The notes under the pieces: generated by a model
The model's database searches: none
Seen by the model: only the letters and a program-made list of their open reading frames with translations
What the model was told of the DNA's origin: nothing
Source: Steroidobacteraceae bacterium
Lineage (GTDB): Bacteria; Pseudomonadota; Gammaproteobacteria; Steroidobacterales; Steroidobacteraceae
NCBI GenBank assembly: GCA_046352935.1
Contig: JAXMGR010000021.1
Coordinates: 6,089-70,088 of the forward strand
Reading direction: 5' to 3'
DNA: 64,000 bases
Position numbers and translations under genes: made by a program
In this document: positions 41,983-51,948 of the stretch, one piece after another
How the letters are laid out: each line of letters starts with the position of its first letter
Position numbering within the stretch: the first letter of the stretch is position 1

Positions 41983-42579
41983 TCAGCCAGGGTCGCGCAG
42001 CATCCGGTAGAGCCGCAGGAACTCCACCGGCGCGTGCTTCACGTTAGCGCGCCAGTCGCCGGCGGCCGCGTGGTCCGCGCCATCGGTGATGTACTTGGCG
42101 CAGGCGAAGCGTGCGTTCTCGTGGCGGCAGGCCTTCGCGAGCGCGTAGGCCTCCATGTCGATGACGTCGCAGGGCAGATGCGGCGCACCCATCGCGAACG
42201 AGTCGCCCGTGCCGCAGACGCCCTCGGGCAGTCCCGCGAAAACGGCCGGGAACTCGAGCTCGTGCGGTCCGTCCTCGACGGGCGTCACGCCGACGGGGAA
42301 GCCGAGGCCCGAGACGTCGATGTCGCGCTGCACGAAGCGGCGGCAGGCGACCACGCTCCCCGCGGTGAACAGCCGGCTGCCGGCGGAACCGAAATTGACG
42401 ACGAGCGGCATCGGCCGGCCCGAGCAGCGGTATTCCGCGAGGCGTCGCGCGAGGGCCGCGGCCGCGTTGACCTTGCCGACGCCGGTGTACAGGACCGACA
42501 CGCCGGCCCCCTCGAAGACGCCGCGGCTCTCGATGTCGAGCGCCATCACGACGAGGCGCTCGGGAAACTGCATGGTCAT
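41983..42579 (-). CDS. MTA/SAH nucleosidase-like protein (PNP_UDP_1 family, short form)
   Basis: YTGVGKVNAAAALA, with VIDMEAYALAKAC and KYITDGAD. These parallel the MtnN motifs (GIGKVNAA, DMES/AAA, SD). It is only 198 aa. Confidence 0.7.
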   Translation of the reverse strand: MTMQFPERLVVMALDIESRGVFEGAGVSVLYTGVGKVNAAAALARRLAEYRCSGRPMPLVVNFGSAGSRLFTAGSVVACRRFVQRDIDVSGLGFPVGVTPVEDGPHELEFPAVFAGLPEGVCGTGDSFAMGAPHLPCDVIDMEAYALAKACRHENARFACAKYITDGADHAAAGDWRANVKHAPVEFLRLYRMLRDPG

Positions 42580-42679
42580 GCGGCGATCTTGTAACCGCGC
42601 GGTGCGTCAGCGGGCAAGACCTCCGGGCGGCGGGGCGAAAACGGTGGGCGAACGCTGGACCGGGGCACGACAACACGGG

Positions 42680-42819
42680 CATTCACGATTTCCGCCACGA
42701 CCTCACCCGGCGCGGGCGCGCAGCAGGGTCGGCGAGTCGAGCGTCAATCTTCCCGCGAGACGAGCCGAGCCCTGCGTTGCAGCCCGCGCTGCGGCCTGCA
42801 TCACCGGAAATCGTGAATG
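42680..42819. repeat. type-B MITE/REP-like palindromic repeat (copy 2)
   Basis: TIRs are CATTCACGATTTCC and GGAAATCGTGAATG. The internal core is homologous to both the 17173-17314 copy and the type-A cores. Confidence 0.85.
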
Positions 42820-42879
42820 TTCGCCGTCTCCCTGCATTGCAGCCCGCGCTGCTGCCCACATCACGGGAAATCGTGAATG
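42820..42879. repeat. partial tandem duplicate of the right arm of the 42680 repeat
   Basis: CCCTGCATTGCAGCCCGCGCTGCTGCCCACATCACGGGAAATCGTGAATG closely matches the preceding CCCTGCGTTGCAGCCCGCGCTGCGGCCTGCATCACCGGAAATCGTGAATG. Confidence 0.8.
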
Positions 42880-42897
42880 CCGCGTTTCCCCGCCCGG

Positions 42898-43494
42898 CTA
42901 CTTCCTCGCCTGCGGCGCCGCAGCGGGCGTCGCGGGTGCGGCCGGCGCAACCTTCCTCGCACCCAGCGCCTTCAGGTCCGCGAGTACCGCCTTCGCGTGG
43001 CCCGCCGGATCGACTTTCACATAGTGCTTCGCGACGCGTCCCTGCGGATCGATGATGAAGGTATCGCGTCGCGCCAGCTCGACCACGCCGAGGTACTTGG
43101 TCAGCACCCCGTACTGGATCGTGACCTTCTTGTCCGGGTCGGCCAGCAGCGGGAAGGGCAGGCCGTGCTCCTTCGCGAAGTCCGCGTGCGACGCGGCGTC
43201 CTGGACGCTCAGGCCCAGCACCACGGCATTCAGGTCGTGGAAGGCGAAGATGTCGTCACGGAACTCGCAGGCCTGGGTCGTGCAGCCCGGCGTGTTGTCC
43301 TTCGGGTAGAAATAGAGCACCACCCACCGGCCGCGATACTCGCCGAGCGTGTGCCAGCGGCCGTCCTGGTCCTGCAGCCGGAAGTCGGGCGCGGCGGCTC
43401 CGACGGCGGGCGGGTCCTCGGCACGGGCATCCTGCTGGATCGCCAGACCCAGGCACAGCGACAGGATTCCGAGGCGACGGAGCATGGCGACCAT
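42898..43494 (-). CDS. bcp: exported peroxiredoxin (Bcp/AhpC-TSA family thiol peroxidase)
   Basis: Signal peptide MVAMLRRLGILSLCLGLAIQQDARA. Peroxidatic site is FYPKDNTPGCTTQACEF. The gene symbol is a family-level call. Confidence 0.8.
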   Translation of the reverse strand: MVAMLRRLGILSLCLGLAIQQDARAEDPPAVGAAAPDFRLQDQDGRWHTLGEYRGRWVVLYFYPKDNTPGCTTQACEFRDDIFAFHDLNAVVLGLSVQDAASHADFAKEHGLPFPLLADPDKKVTIQYGVLTKYLGVVELARRDTFIIDPQGRVAKHYVKVDPAGHAKAVLADLKALGARKVAPAAPATPAAAPQARK

Positions 43495-43606
43495 GAACAG
43501 ACCTCTCTCGATGTGACGAAGATCGGCGTCCCGCCCCGGGCGGGCGCTGCGATACTAATATCCGGTCATCCCGAAAGACAGCCGGCCTGCACGAGGGTTC
43601 CGTCGC

Positions 43607-44803
43607 TTGGCTGATGCAGCCACCGCCGCTCGACGTTCGCGCCTGGCACTGGTGTTGCCGGGCGGCGGCGCCCGTTCCGCCTATCAGGTCGGGGTCATCA
43701 AGGCGCTCGCCGAGATCGCGCCGCGCCAGAGCCCGGTTCCGTTCCCGATCCTCTGCGGCACGTCGGCGGGCGCGATCAACGCGGCCGCCCTCGCGGCCGG
43801 CGCATCCCATTTCCGCGAGGCTGCGGTGGCGCTCGAACGTGTCTGGCGCAACTTCCGCGCCGACCAGGTGTTCCGTGTCGACTCGGTGAGCATGTTGCGT
43901 GCCGGCCTGCACTGGCTGCTCGCGCTGGTCTCGGGCGGCTGGCTCGCGAAGCCCCCCCGGTCGCTGCTGGACAATGCGCCCCTGCGCGAACTCCTCGGCT
44001 GCAGCATCGACCTGGCACGCATGCGCCAGGCGCTGGATGCCGGTGTCATCGATGCGCTCGCCATCACCGCGACCGGCTACTGGTCGGCGCGCAGCGTCTC
44101 GTTCTTCGAGCGCCGCGGGCCCGCCGAGCACTGGACCCGGGTCTGGCGCGAGGGTCAGCCGGCCGAGATCTCGGTCGATCACCTGATGGCGAGCGCCGCG
44201 ATCCCGTTCCTGTTCCCGCCCGTCCACATGCAGGGCGAATACTTCGGCGACGGTGCGATGCGCCAGGTCACGCCGCTCTCGCCCGCGGTTCGCCTCGGTG
44301 CCGAGCGGCTGCTGGTCGTCGGCGTGCGGACGAGCACGCGCTCCGGGCCCGTGCTGCCGGTTCCCGCCGCACCCACCTTCGGCCAGATCTTCGGCTTCAT
44401 GCTCGACACGCTGTTCATGGACGGCCTGTATGCCGACCTCGAACGGCTCGAGAGCATCAACGACCTGCTGTCGCGGCTGCCCGCCTGCGGCGAAGGGCAG
44501 GGGCCGCGCGGGCTGCGCCGCATCGAGGCCATGGTGATCGTGCCGCGCGACGATTTCGGCGACATCGCGGCGCGGCATGCGGCCGAGGTGCCGCGTGCGC
44601 TGCGCGTGCTGCTGCGCACCATGGGGGCCCACAATCCGGGCGGACGCAAGCTGCTGTCCTATCTGCTGTTCGAGTCGGGATACACGCGCGAACTCATCAG
44701 GCTCGGTTATCGCGACGCGATGGAGCGCCGGGACGCGATCGAGGCCTTCATCAGCGACAGGGACGTGCGCTCAGGCGAGGAACATCGCGCCGAGGCCGAG
44801 TAA
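43607..44803 (+). CDS. patatin-like phospholipase
   Basis: LVLPGGGARSAYQVGV (oxyanion GGG), then CGTSAGAINAA (GxSxG) and YFGDGAM (catalytic Asp, DG). TTG start. Confidence 0.85.
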   Translation: MADAATAARRSRLALVLPGGGARSAYQVGVIKALAEIAPRQSPVPFPILCGTSAGAINAAALAAGASHFREAAVALERVWRNFRADQVFRVDSVSMLRAGLHWLLALVSGGWLAKPPRSLLDNAPLRELLGCSIDLARMRQALDAGVIDALAITATGYWSARSVSFFERRGPAEHWTRVWREGQPAEISVDHLMASAAIPFLFPPVHMQGEYFGDGAMRQVTPLSPAVRLGAERLLVVGVRTSTRSGPVLPVPAAPTFGQIFGFMLDTLFMDGLYADLERLESINDLLSRLPACGEGQGPRGLRRIEAMVIVPRDDFGDIAARHAAEVPRALRVLLRTMGAHNPGGRKLLSYLLFESGYTRELIRLGYRDAMERRDAIEAFISDRDVRSGEEHRAEAE

Positions 44804-46135
44804 CGCAGCGAAGCCCACGCAGTCGGTGACCGTCGTCAGGATCACGCCGCCCGCGAGCGCGGGGTCGATGCGCAGGCGCTTCAGCGTGAGCGGTATCACC
44901 ACGCCGGCCACCGACGCGGCGGCGAGGTTGATGACCATGGCCGCGAAGATGATCGCCGCGATCCTCCAGGTCCCGAACCACGCCCAGGTCGCGAGTGCAA
45001 CGACCGTGGCCCAGGCGAGGCCGTTCAGCGTGCCGACGGCCAGTTCCTTGAAGAACAGCCAGCGCGCGTTGGTCGCCTGCACCTGGCCGAGCGCGATGCC
45101 GCGGATGATCAGCGTGACGGTCTGTGTGCCGGCGATGCCGCCCATGCTCGCGACGATCGGCATCAGCACGGCGAGGGCCACGACGCGGTCGATGGTCGAC
45201 TCGAAGAGGCCGACGACCCAGGCCGCGAGGAAGGCGGTCAGCAGGTTCACGCCGAGCCAGAGCGCACGGCGGCGCGCGCTGCGGCGCACGCCCGCGAAAA
45301 CGTCTTCTTCGTCGTAGAGGCCCGCCGCCGCGAGCAGCGGGTGCTCGGCCTGCTCGCGCACCACGTCGACTATGTCGTCGATGGTGATGCGGCCGAGCAG
45401 CCGCCCGTCGCCCCCGACCACGGCCGCGGACAGCAGGTCGCGGCCCTCGAACAGCTGCGTGACCTCGCTCGCGGGAGTCTCCGGGGCGATGCCCGCGACC
45501 TCGGCGTCGAGAGTCTCGGCGACGGTCCGCTCCGGGTCGTCCGTCAGCAGCCGCGTGATCGGCAGTACGCCCTGGTACTGGTCGTTGCGGTCCACGACGA
45601 ACAGGCAGTCCGTCTTGTCGGGCAGTTCGCCGCGCATGCGCAGGTAGCGCAGCACGACCTCGAGCGTCACGTCCGGCCGCACGCTGACCGTGTCCGTGTT
45701 CATGAGTCCGCCGGCGCTGTCCTCCGGGAACGCCAGCACGGTGGTCAGGCGGTCGCGGTCGCGCTGGTCCATGGAGCGCAGCACCTGCTGCGTGACCGTC
45801 TCGGGCAGCTCGTCCAGCAGGTCGGCCAGGTCGTCGACCTCGAGGCCCTCGGTCGCGGCCACCAGTTCCGACGCCTCCATGCCGCCGATGAGGTTCTCGC
45901 GGACCTCCTCGGACAGCTCGATGAGGACTTCGCCACCCAGATCCGGCTCGATCAGCTCCCACACCAAATCGCGCTTCGCCGGCGGCAGCGATTCGATGAG
46001 CAGCGCCACCTCGGCGGGGTGCATGGCATTTACCATGCGCTGCGCGGCGCGCAGCGTGCCGCGGTCGAGCGCGGCACGGAGTGTCGCGACTCGCGAGTCC
46101 CGGTCTCCCCGGGTGCCGATGGCCTTCGATTCCAT
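44771..46135 (-). CDS. mgtE: magnesium transporter MgtE
   Basis: N-domain (HPAEVALLIESLPP), two CBS domains, and a TM domain with GIAGTQT and DPALAGGVILTTVTD. Confidence 0.93.
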   Translation of the reverse strand: MESKAIGTRGDRDSRVATLRAALDRGTLRAAQRMVNAMHPAEVALLIESLPPAKRDLVWELIEPDLGGEVLIELSEEVRENLIGGMEASELVAATEGLEVDDLADLLDELPETVTQQVLRSMDQRDRDRLTTVLAFPEDSAGGLMNTDTVSVRPDVTLEVVLRYLRMRGELPDKTDCLFVVDRNDQYQGVLPITRLLTDDPERTVAETLDAEVAGIAPETPASEVTQLFEGRDLLSAAVVGGDGRLLGRITIDDIVDVVREQAEHPLLAAAGLYDEEDVFAGVRRSARRRALWLGVNLLTAFLAAWVVGLFESTIDRVVALAVLMPIVASMGGIAGTQTVTLIIRGIALGQVQATNARWLFFKELAVGTLNGLAWATVVALATWAWFGTWRIAAIIFAAMVINLAAASVAGVVIPLTLKRLRIDPALAGGVILTTVTDCVGFAALLGLGAMFLA

Positions 46136-46161
46136 GCGGGATTCCGGAGCCGGGCGCCGGC

Positions 46162-47028
46162 TCAGTGCTCGCGCCCGAGGCCCGTGTGCCGCGCGAGCAC
46201 CTGCGGATACTTCGCGGCGAAGTGCGCTGCGAGGCGCTCGACCAGGTAGACCGAACGGTGCTGGCCACCGGTGCAGCCGATCGCGACCGTGAGATAGCCG
46301 CGGTTGTTGCGCTGGTATTCGGGGATCCAGTCCTCGAGGAAACGCACGATGTCCGCGAGCAGGCGCGCGACGCCCGCATGCGATTCCAGGAACGAGACGA
46401 CCTGCGCGTCGCGGCCCGTCAGGTCCCGGAGCGCCGGCTCCCAGTACGGGTTGGGGAGTGTGCGCGCGTCGAAGACGAAGTCCGCGTCACCGGGAACACC
46501 ATGCTTGAACCCGAAGGACTCGAACAGGATCGACAGCCGGCCTTCGCGGCGCTCCTCGACGCGGCCGCGCACCGTCTCGCGCAGCGCGTGCACGCTCATG
46601 GCCGAGGTGTCGATGATCAGGTCGGCGCTGTCCGCGAGTGGATGCAGCAGCTGGCGCTCCTGCAGGATCGCCTCGGCGAGGCTGACGTTCTCGCGCACCA
46701 GGGGATGCCGCCGGCGGGTCTCCGCATAGCGCTTCAGGATCACGCCATCGCTGGCGTGCAGGTAGATCGTCTCGCAGCGCAGGCCGGACTTGCGCAGGTC
46801 CTTGAGCATCGCCGGCAGCAGTTCCAGGTCCGCCGGACGGTTGCGGGCGTCGAGACCGATGGCCATGCGGCGATACATCGGCTCGGCGGCACGCACGGAA
46901 TGCACGACCAGCCCCTGGACGAGCCCGGAGGGCAGGTTGTCGATGCAATACCAGCCGAGATCCTCGAGCATGTTGAGCGCGACGCTCTTGCCCGAGCCCG
47001 ACAGTCCGCTCACGACCACGAGGCGCAT
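46162..47028 (-). CDS. rapZ: RNase adapter protein RapZ
   Basis: MRLVVVSGLSGSGKSVALNMLEDLGWYCIDNLP, with FDARTLPNPYW and AIGCTGGQHRSV. Confidence 0.93.
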   Translation of the reverse strand: MRLVVVSGLSGSGKSVALNMLEDLGWYCIDNLPSGLVQGLVVHSVRAAEPMYRRMAIGLDARNRPADLELLPAMLKDLRKSGLRCETIYLHASDGVILKRYAETRRRHPLVRENVSLAEAILQERQLLHPLADSADLIIDTSAMSVHALRETVRGRVEERREGRLSILFESFGFKHGVPGDADFVFDARTLPNPYWEPALRDLTGRDAQVVSFLESHAGVARLLADIVRFLEDWIPEYQRNNRGYLTVAIGCTGGQHRSVYLVERLAAHFAAKYPQVLARHTGLGREH

Positions 47029-47116
47029 GCGAGTCAGCTTCCGTCCTGCAGGCGGTGGATGATACCCCCGGAACTGCCGGGGCCCGCGCCCGATCCGCTG
47101 GCTCCGCGGGCTGCGC

Positions 47117-47587
47117 TCAGGCGGCGGCGTCGCCGCGCCAGTGGTCGGCCAGCAGGTCGTAGAGCGCCCGTGCTCCGGACGCCTGGCGCAGCGTCGCGCA
47201 GAACTTCGCGTCCGCGAGGCTCTGGACCAGCCCGGACAGGACGGCGATGTCGCTGGTGCCGCACTGCTCGGGCACCAGCACCGCGACGACCAGGTCGACA
47301 CCGAGCCCGTCCGGGGCGTCCATGTCCACGGGTTCCGCCAGCTGCAGCACGGCCGCGCAGGGGCTGCGGACGAGGGCCAGCCGTCCATGCGGCACGGCGA
47401 CCCCGCCGCCGATGGCGGTGCTGCCCAGCCGCTCGCGCGCCAGGAGGGCGTCGAAGGCGGTCTCGGCCGACAGGTGCGGCGCGTCGCCGGTCAGCAGGCC
47501 GGCGGCGAGATCGAGCAGGTGCTTGATGCTGCGCGCGTGCACGTCGACCGCGACGCGCGCCGGGGAGAACAGAGGGGTTTCGTTCAT
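47117..47587 (-). CDS. ptsN: PTS EIIA-Ntr nitrogen regulatory protein
   Basis: RERLGSTAIGGGVAVPHGR contains the phosphorylatable His motif. Position is between hpf and rapZ. Confidence 0.88.
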   Translation of the reverse strand: MNETPLFSPARVAVDVHARSIKHLLDLAAGLLTGDAPHLSAETAFDALLARERLGSTAIGGGVAVPHGRLALVRSPCAAVLQLAEPVDMDAPDGLGVDLVVAVLVPEQCGTSDIAVLSGLVQSLADAKFCATLRQASGARALYDLLADHWRGDAAA

Positions 47588-47632
47588 GATCGGCAGGAGG
47601 ACTGCGGTGGCCTCCTGCCGATCCGGGGGGAC

Positions 47633-47953
47633 CTAGGCGAGGCGGCTCTTCTGGACTTCCGCAGCGTGGTGATCCGTGACCTTTTCCTTGTGCTTCTTGA
47701 CGCGCCGGTCCAGCTTGTCCGCCAGCGCGTCAATCGCGGCATACATGTCGCCTTCGACGGCGTCCGCATGGATCTTAGCACCGCTGACCGCCAGCGTCGC
47801 CTCGGCCTTGTGCCGGAGCTTCTCGACGGTGAGGACGCAGTGCACGTCGATGACGTGGTCGAAATGCCGCACGATGCGGTCGAGCTTCTTCTCGACATAA
47901 CTCTTCAGTGCGGGCGTGACCTCGACATGATGGCCGGTGAGCGTCAACTGCAT
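47633..47953 (-). CDS. hpf: ribosome hibernation promoting factor (short HPF / sigma-54 modulation protein)
   Basis: MQLTLTGHHVEVTPALKSYVEKKLDRIVRHFD. Length 106 aa, directly downstream of rpoN. Confidence 0.92.
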   Translation of the reverse strand: MQLTLTGHHVEVTPALKSYVEKKLDRIVRHFDHVIDVHCVLTVEKLRHKAEATLAVSGAKIHADAVEGDMYAAIDALADKLDRRVKKHKEKVTDHHAAEVQKSRLA

Positions 47954-47992
47954 GGCTCTCTCCTTCGCTGAAAAACCCTTGAACCTGCGCCT

Positions 47993-49441
47993 CTACCGCG
48001 CCGCCGCACGGCGGCGGTCCCCCGACGAGGCGATTCCCATGGCTTCACGGTACTTCGCGACCGTGCGCCTGGCGACCTGCACGCCGTCGGCGGAGAGGAT
48101 CTCCGCGATCCGGCTGTCACTGAGCGGCGTTTCCGCCGGCTCGGCGGCGATCAGCTTGCGTATCCTCGCCCGGATCGCCGTCGATGACACGCCGCTGCCG
48201 TCGTCCGCGGCGACGTGGCTCGAAAAGAAAAACCGGAACTCGAACACGCCGCGCGGGGTGTGCATGTATTTCCCCGTCGTGACGCGCGAGACCGTCGACT
48301 CGTGCATCTCGATGGCGCCGGCGACGTCCTTCAGCACCATCGGCTGCATCGCCTCCTCGCCGTGCTCCAGGAAGGCCGCCTGGCGCTGCACGATGCAGCG
48401 CGCGACCTTCATGAGCGTCTCGTTGCGGATCTCGAGGCTGCGCAGCAGCCAGCGTGCCTCCTGCAGCTGCGTGCGCAGCGTCGCGTGCTCGGCGGCCCTC
48501 GTCAGGAGCCCCGCGTAGCCGGTGTTGATCCGTATGCGCGGCACCGTGGCGGGATTCAGCTCGACCACCCAGCCCTGCCCGGAGCGCCGCACGAAGACGT
48601 CCGGCACGACGTATTCGGTCGCGCCCGACTGCAGTGACGCGCCCGGTCGCGGATGACAGGAGCGCAGCAGCGCCAGCGCCTGGTCCAGCTCTTCCTGCGA
48701 ACAGCGCACCTCGCGCCGCAGCAGGGTGTACTGCTGCGCGGCGACCAGCTCCAGGTGCTGGCGTGCGATGGCGATCGCCACGGCGAGGCCCGGAGTGCCG
48801 GGATCGAGCTGCTGGAGCTGCAGCTCGATGCATTCGCCGATCGAGCGTGCACCCACGCCGACGGGGTCGAACTGCTGCACGACCTGCAGCACCTTCTCGA
48901 CGTCGGCGGGCGTTGCCTCGACCCCGGGTGCGACGCTCTGTGCGAGCGTCTCCAGCGATTCGGTGAGATAGCCGTCGTCGCTGACGGCGTCGACGATGGC
49001 ACGGCCGATGGCGAGACCGGCGGGCGACAGCCGCGCGAGCTCGAGCTGCCAGGTCAGGTGCTCGTGCAGCGTCTCGCCGGCTCCGCCGAGATCGCCCTCC
49101 CGCTCGTCGTCGTCACCGCCGCCCGACCACGGCGCGTCCGACACGGCCGCGGTGGGCTCGGACCAGTCGTCGCCGATCTCGACCACGGGCTCGTCGTCGC
49201 CGGCTTCGCGCGACTCGGTCCCGGTTCCGGACTCGGGTCCGGCCGTCGCGCCGAATTCGTCGAGCGGAGCGGGAGCGTCCGGCTCCTCCTCGGCCTCGAG
49301 CATGACGTTGGTCTCGAGGGCCTCGCGGATCTGCGCCTGCAGGTCCAGCGTGGACAGCTGCAGCAGGCGTATGGCCTGCTGCAGCTGGGGCGTCATGGTC
49401 AGCTGCTGACCGATCCGGAGTTGCAGCGAGGGCTTCAACAT
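47993..49441 (-). CDS. rpoN: RNA polymerase sigma-54 factor
   Basis: MLKPSLQLRIGQQLTMTPQLQQAIRLLQLSTLDL (region I), and the RpoN box ARRTVAKYRE. Confidence 0.97.
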   Translation of the reverse strand: MLKPSLQLRIGQQLTMTPQLQQAIRLLQLSTLDLQAQIREALETNVMLEAEEEPDAPAPLDEFGATAGPESGTGTESREAGDDEPVVEIGDDWSEPTAAVSDAPWSGGGDDDEREGDLGGAGETLHEHLTWQLELARLSPAGLAIGRAIVDAVSDDGYLTESLETLAQSVAPGVEATPADVEKVLQVVQQFDPVGVGARSIGECIELQLQQLDPGTPGLAVAIAIARQHLELVAAQQYTLLRREVRCSQEELDQALALLRSCHPRPGASLQSGATEYVVPDVFVRRSGQGWVVELNPATVPRIRINTGYAGLLTRAAEHATLRTQLQEARWLLRSLEIRNETLMKVARCIVQRQAAFLEHGEEAMQPMVLKDVAGAIEMHESTVSRVTTGKYMHTPRGVFEFRFFFSSHVAADDGSGVSSTAIRARIRKLIAAEPAETPLSDSRIAEILSADGVQVARRTVAKYREAMGIASSGDRRRAAAR

Positions 49442-49579
49442 CTGCGGGTGGGCTGCCTGTGTCCTCTGGGCCGTGGCGCGACGCACGCAGGGCGCGCCGC
49501 GCCGGGCGGTCGGGCGAAGATGCTCCCGGAGTCGCGGCCCGCCACCCGCGTCGCTGCGATGCGGGGCTGCCGGCTGCTC

Positions 49580-50308
49580 CTAGAGCTTGAAATTCTCGCC
49601 CAAGTAAACCTCGCGCACCTTGGCGTTTGCAAGGATATCTTCCGCCGATCCGGAGGCGATGACATGCCCCTGGTTCACGATATAGGCGCGGCCGCAGATT
49701 CCCAGTGTTTCCCGCACGTTGTGATCGGTGATCAGCACGCCGATGCCGCGATCCGCGAGGTGGCGGACGATGCGCTGGATGTCGCTGACCGAGAGCGGGT
49801 CGACGCCCGCGAACGGCTCGTCGAGCAGGATGAAGCGCGGCTCCGCCGCGAGCGCCCTCGCGATCTCGAGCCGGCGCCGCTCGCCGCCCGAGAGGCTGAC
49901 GCCGAGGCTCTCGCGCAGGTGGCCGATGTGCAGTTCCTCGAGCAGGGCTTCCATGCGCTGTTCGCGCGCGGCGCGATCCACGCCCGGGAGCGTCTCCAGG
50001 ATCGCCATGACATTGTCCGCGACCGAGAGCTTCCGGAACACGGACGCCTCCTGCGGCAGGTAGCCGATGCCGCGTCTCGCGCGGATGTGCATCGGCAGGT
50101 GGGTCACGTCCTCGCCGTCGATGCGCACGGCGCCGTCGTCGCAGGGGACGAGACCCACGATCATGTAGAAGGCCGTCGTCTTGCCGGCGCCGTTCGGGCC
50201 CAGCAGTCCGACGACTTCACCGCTGTGGATCTCCAGCGACAGGCCGTCGACGACGGCGCGCTGGCGATAATGCTTGCTGAGGCCTGTGGCCGACAAAGTA
50301 CTGGTCAT
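49580..50308 (-). CDS. lptB: LPS export ABC transporter ATP-binding protein
   Basis: [40 protein letters not shown]. The start overlaps the lptA stop. Confidence 0.95.
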   Translation of the reverse strand: MTSTLSATGLSKHYRQRAVVDGLSLEIHSGEVVGLLGPNGAGKTTAFYMIVGLVPCDDGAVRIDGEDVTHLPMHIRARRGIGYLPQEASVFRKLSVADNVMAILETLPGVDRAAREQRMEALLEELHIGHLRESLGVSLSGGERRRLEIARALAAEPRFILLDEPFAGVDPLSVSDIQRIVRHLADRGIGVLITDHNVRETLGICGRAYIVNQGHVIASGSAEDILANAKVREVYLGENFKL

Positions 50309-50913
50309 GAGCCCGGTCTTCCGGTCGTGGACTGTGGATTGATGGTGATGCGCACGCGGCCGCTGCCCTGTTCGTCGGCGGCGGCCACCACGCGTTCCTC
50401 GCGCACGGAGTAGACCAGGGTCTCTCCGGTGATGTCGTTGCGCCCGTCCGACAGCCAGGCATCACCCGAGAGCCGCACGGTTCCCGCCTCGACATCGTAA
50501 ACGATCCGGCCCGCGTGTCCTCGCGCCGCCAGCCTGCCGGCGGTCTGCGCGAACTCCGCCGGCGTGCCGGTGATCTCGGCGCGGATCACGCGGTTGTCCC
50601 TGAAGCTCACGATGGCCGACTCGGACTGCAGACGGCCGCCGGAGCCGTTGATCTGCACCTGTCCCTCGAGTTCCCAGCGGCTCGCCCTGAAGTCGAGGCC
50701 GGTGGCGATCGCCCGCGTCGCCTCGACGACGATGTCGCCCTGGGTGATGCGCACACGGTTGAAGACGACGCGGCTGCTGCGGTAATCGACATCCGAGGAT
50801 TCCGCCTCGACCGACACCGGCTGCGTGGAGCGCGGTTCGGCGGCCCGTACGGGCAGTGCTGCCGCGGCCAGGACGGCCAGCGCCTTCGCGCAATTACGGA
50901 TCGAACTGGCCAT
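50305..50913 (-). CDS. lptA: LPS transport periplasmic protein LptA
   Basis: Signal peptide followed by an OstA-like beta-jellyroll repeat pattern. Synteny lptC-lptA-lptB. Confidence 0.85.
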   Translation of the reverse strand: MASSIRNCAKALAVLAAAALPVRAAEPRSTQPVSVEAESSDVDYRSSRVVFNRVRITQGDIVVEATRAIATGLDFRASRWELEGQVQINGSGGRLQSESAIVSFRDNRVIRAEITGTPAEFAQTAGRLAARGHAGRIVYDVEAGTVRLSGDAWLSDGRNDITGETLVYSVREERVVAAADEQGSGRVRITINPQSTTGRPGS

Positions 50914-51487
50914 GAACCCTCGATTCTAGCCGGAGCGTCTCGCGCTTCATATTCGCGACCATGCCGGTTGCCTCCAGGGTGTGCCGGCCGATCTCGAGGC
51001 GCACCGGCCCGTCCGAGCGCGCGACCTGCGCCGCGGCGTCGAACGTGAGGGCTTCGGTGCGCACCGTCGCCTTGCGGGGCTCCCGGTCGCGCAGCCCCGA
51101 CAGCACGACGTCCCCGCGCAGCTGCACCACCGACAGGTCCTTCGGGGCCGCGCCGTGCCCTGCGTGGAGCTGCCAGGTCTGCCCCGGCCGCGCGAGGTAA
51201 TCGAGCGTCAGCGCGTCGAGCTTCACGGACTCGTCCGCCGGATCGAGGCGGATGCGCGCGGCCCGGACCCGCAGGCGCAGGCGGCCGGTGGCGTCGAAAT
51301 CCTCGAGCTCGGCCGCGCGCAGGAAGGGCCCGGCGTCCGGAGCGGCGGCACCGGGCGCGGGGTGGCGGGCGTCGCCGGCCTCCAGCGACCACTGCGCCAC
51401 GATCACGACGGCGCCGATGACGATCGCGAGGAGCGCGAGGCGCCCGATCAAGCGGGATTCCCGCGTGCGGCCACCAGCAGGTCGCAC
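50894..51487 (-). CDS. lptC: LPS export system protein LptC
   Basis: Single N-terminal TM (LIGRLALLAIVIGAVVIV) followed by a beta-rich periplasmic domain, with matching synteny. The GTG start at 51487 overlaps kdsC by 40 nt. An alternative TTG at 51451 would give a TTGA overlap. Confidence 0.75.
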   Translation of the reverse strand: MRPAGGRTRESRLIGRLALLAIVIGAVVIVAQWSLEAGDARHPAPGAAAPDAGPFLRAAELEDFDATGRLRLRVRAARIRLDPADESVKLDALTLDYLARPGQTWQLHAGHGAAPKDLSVVQLRGDVVLSGLRDREPRKATVRTEALTFDAAAQVARSDGPVRLEIGRHTLEATGMVANMKRETLRLESRVHGQFDP

Positions 51488-51948
51488 AGCTCCCGGACCG
51501 CGCCCCGGCCTCCGGGCAGCCGCGTGACGTAGCGCGCGCGGGCGCGGACGTCGGGATGCGCATCGGCGACCGCGGCTCCGAAACCGACGGCGCAGAGCAG
51601 GGGCAGGTCGCTCGTGTCGTCGACGATGCAGGCGGCGGCGCCGGCCGGGAGCCGGCGTGCGCGCAGCATTTCGCCGAGCGCCGCGACCTTGTCGTCGACG
51701 CCCTGCCGCACCTCGCGCACACCGAGTTCCAGCATGCGGTGCGAAACCGCCTCGTGCCGGCGCCCAGACAGCACCGCGACCTCGATCCCGGCGCGCTGCG
51801 CGAGCTTGATGCCGAGCCCGTCGCGGACGTGGAACGCCTTCATCGCCTCGCCGTGCCGGTCGAACCAGAGGCGTCCGTCCGTGAGCACGCCGTCGACGTC
51901 GAGGACCAGCAGGTCGATGCGCGGGGTCCCCGGGCTGCCCTCGGCCAT
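51448..51948 (-). CDS. kdsC: 3-deoxy-D-manno-octulosonate 8-phosphate phosphatase
   Basis: LLVLDVDGVLTDG (HAD motif I) and FHVRDGLGIK. 166 aa counted within track ORF 51448..52998. Confidence 0.9.
   Translation of the reverse strand: MAEGSPGTPRIDLLVLDVDGVLTDGRLWFDRHGEAMKAFHVRDGLGIKLAQRAGIEVAVLSGRRHEAVSHRMLELGVREVRQGVDDKVAALGEMLRARRLPAGAAACIVDDTSDLPLLCAVGFGAAVADAHPDVRARARYVTRLPGGRGAVRELCDLLVAARGNPA

Noticed and set aside
42680-42879. Tandemly repeated ~55-60 bp units ending in GGAAATCGTGAATG, considered as a possible mini CRISPR array
   Set aside because: There are only about two units and they directly abut, with no unique spacers and no cas genes. The units are homologous to the right arm of the dispersed type-B repeat.
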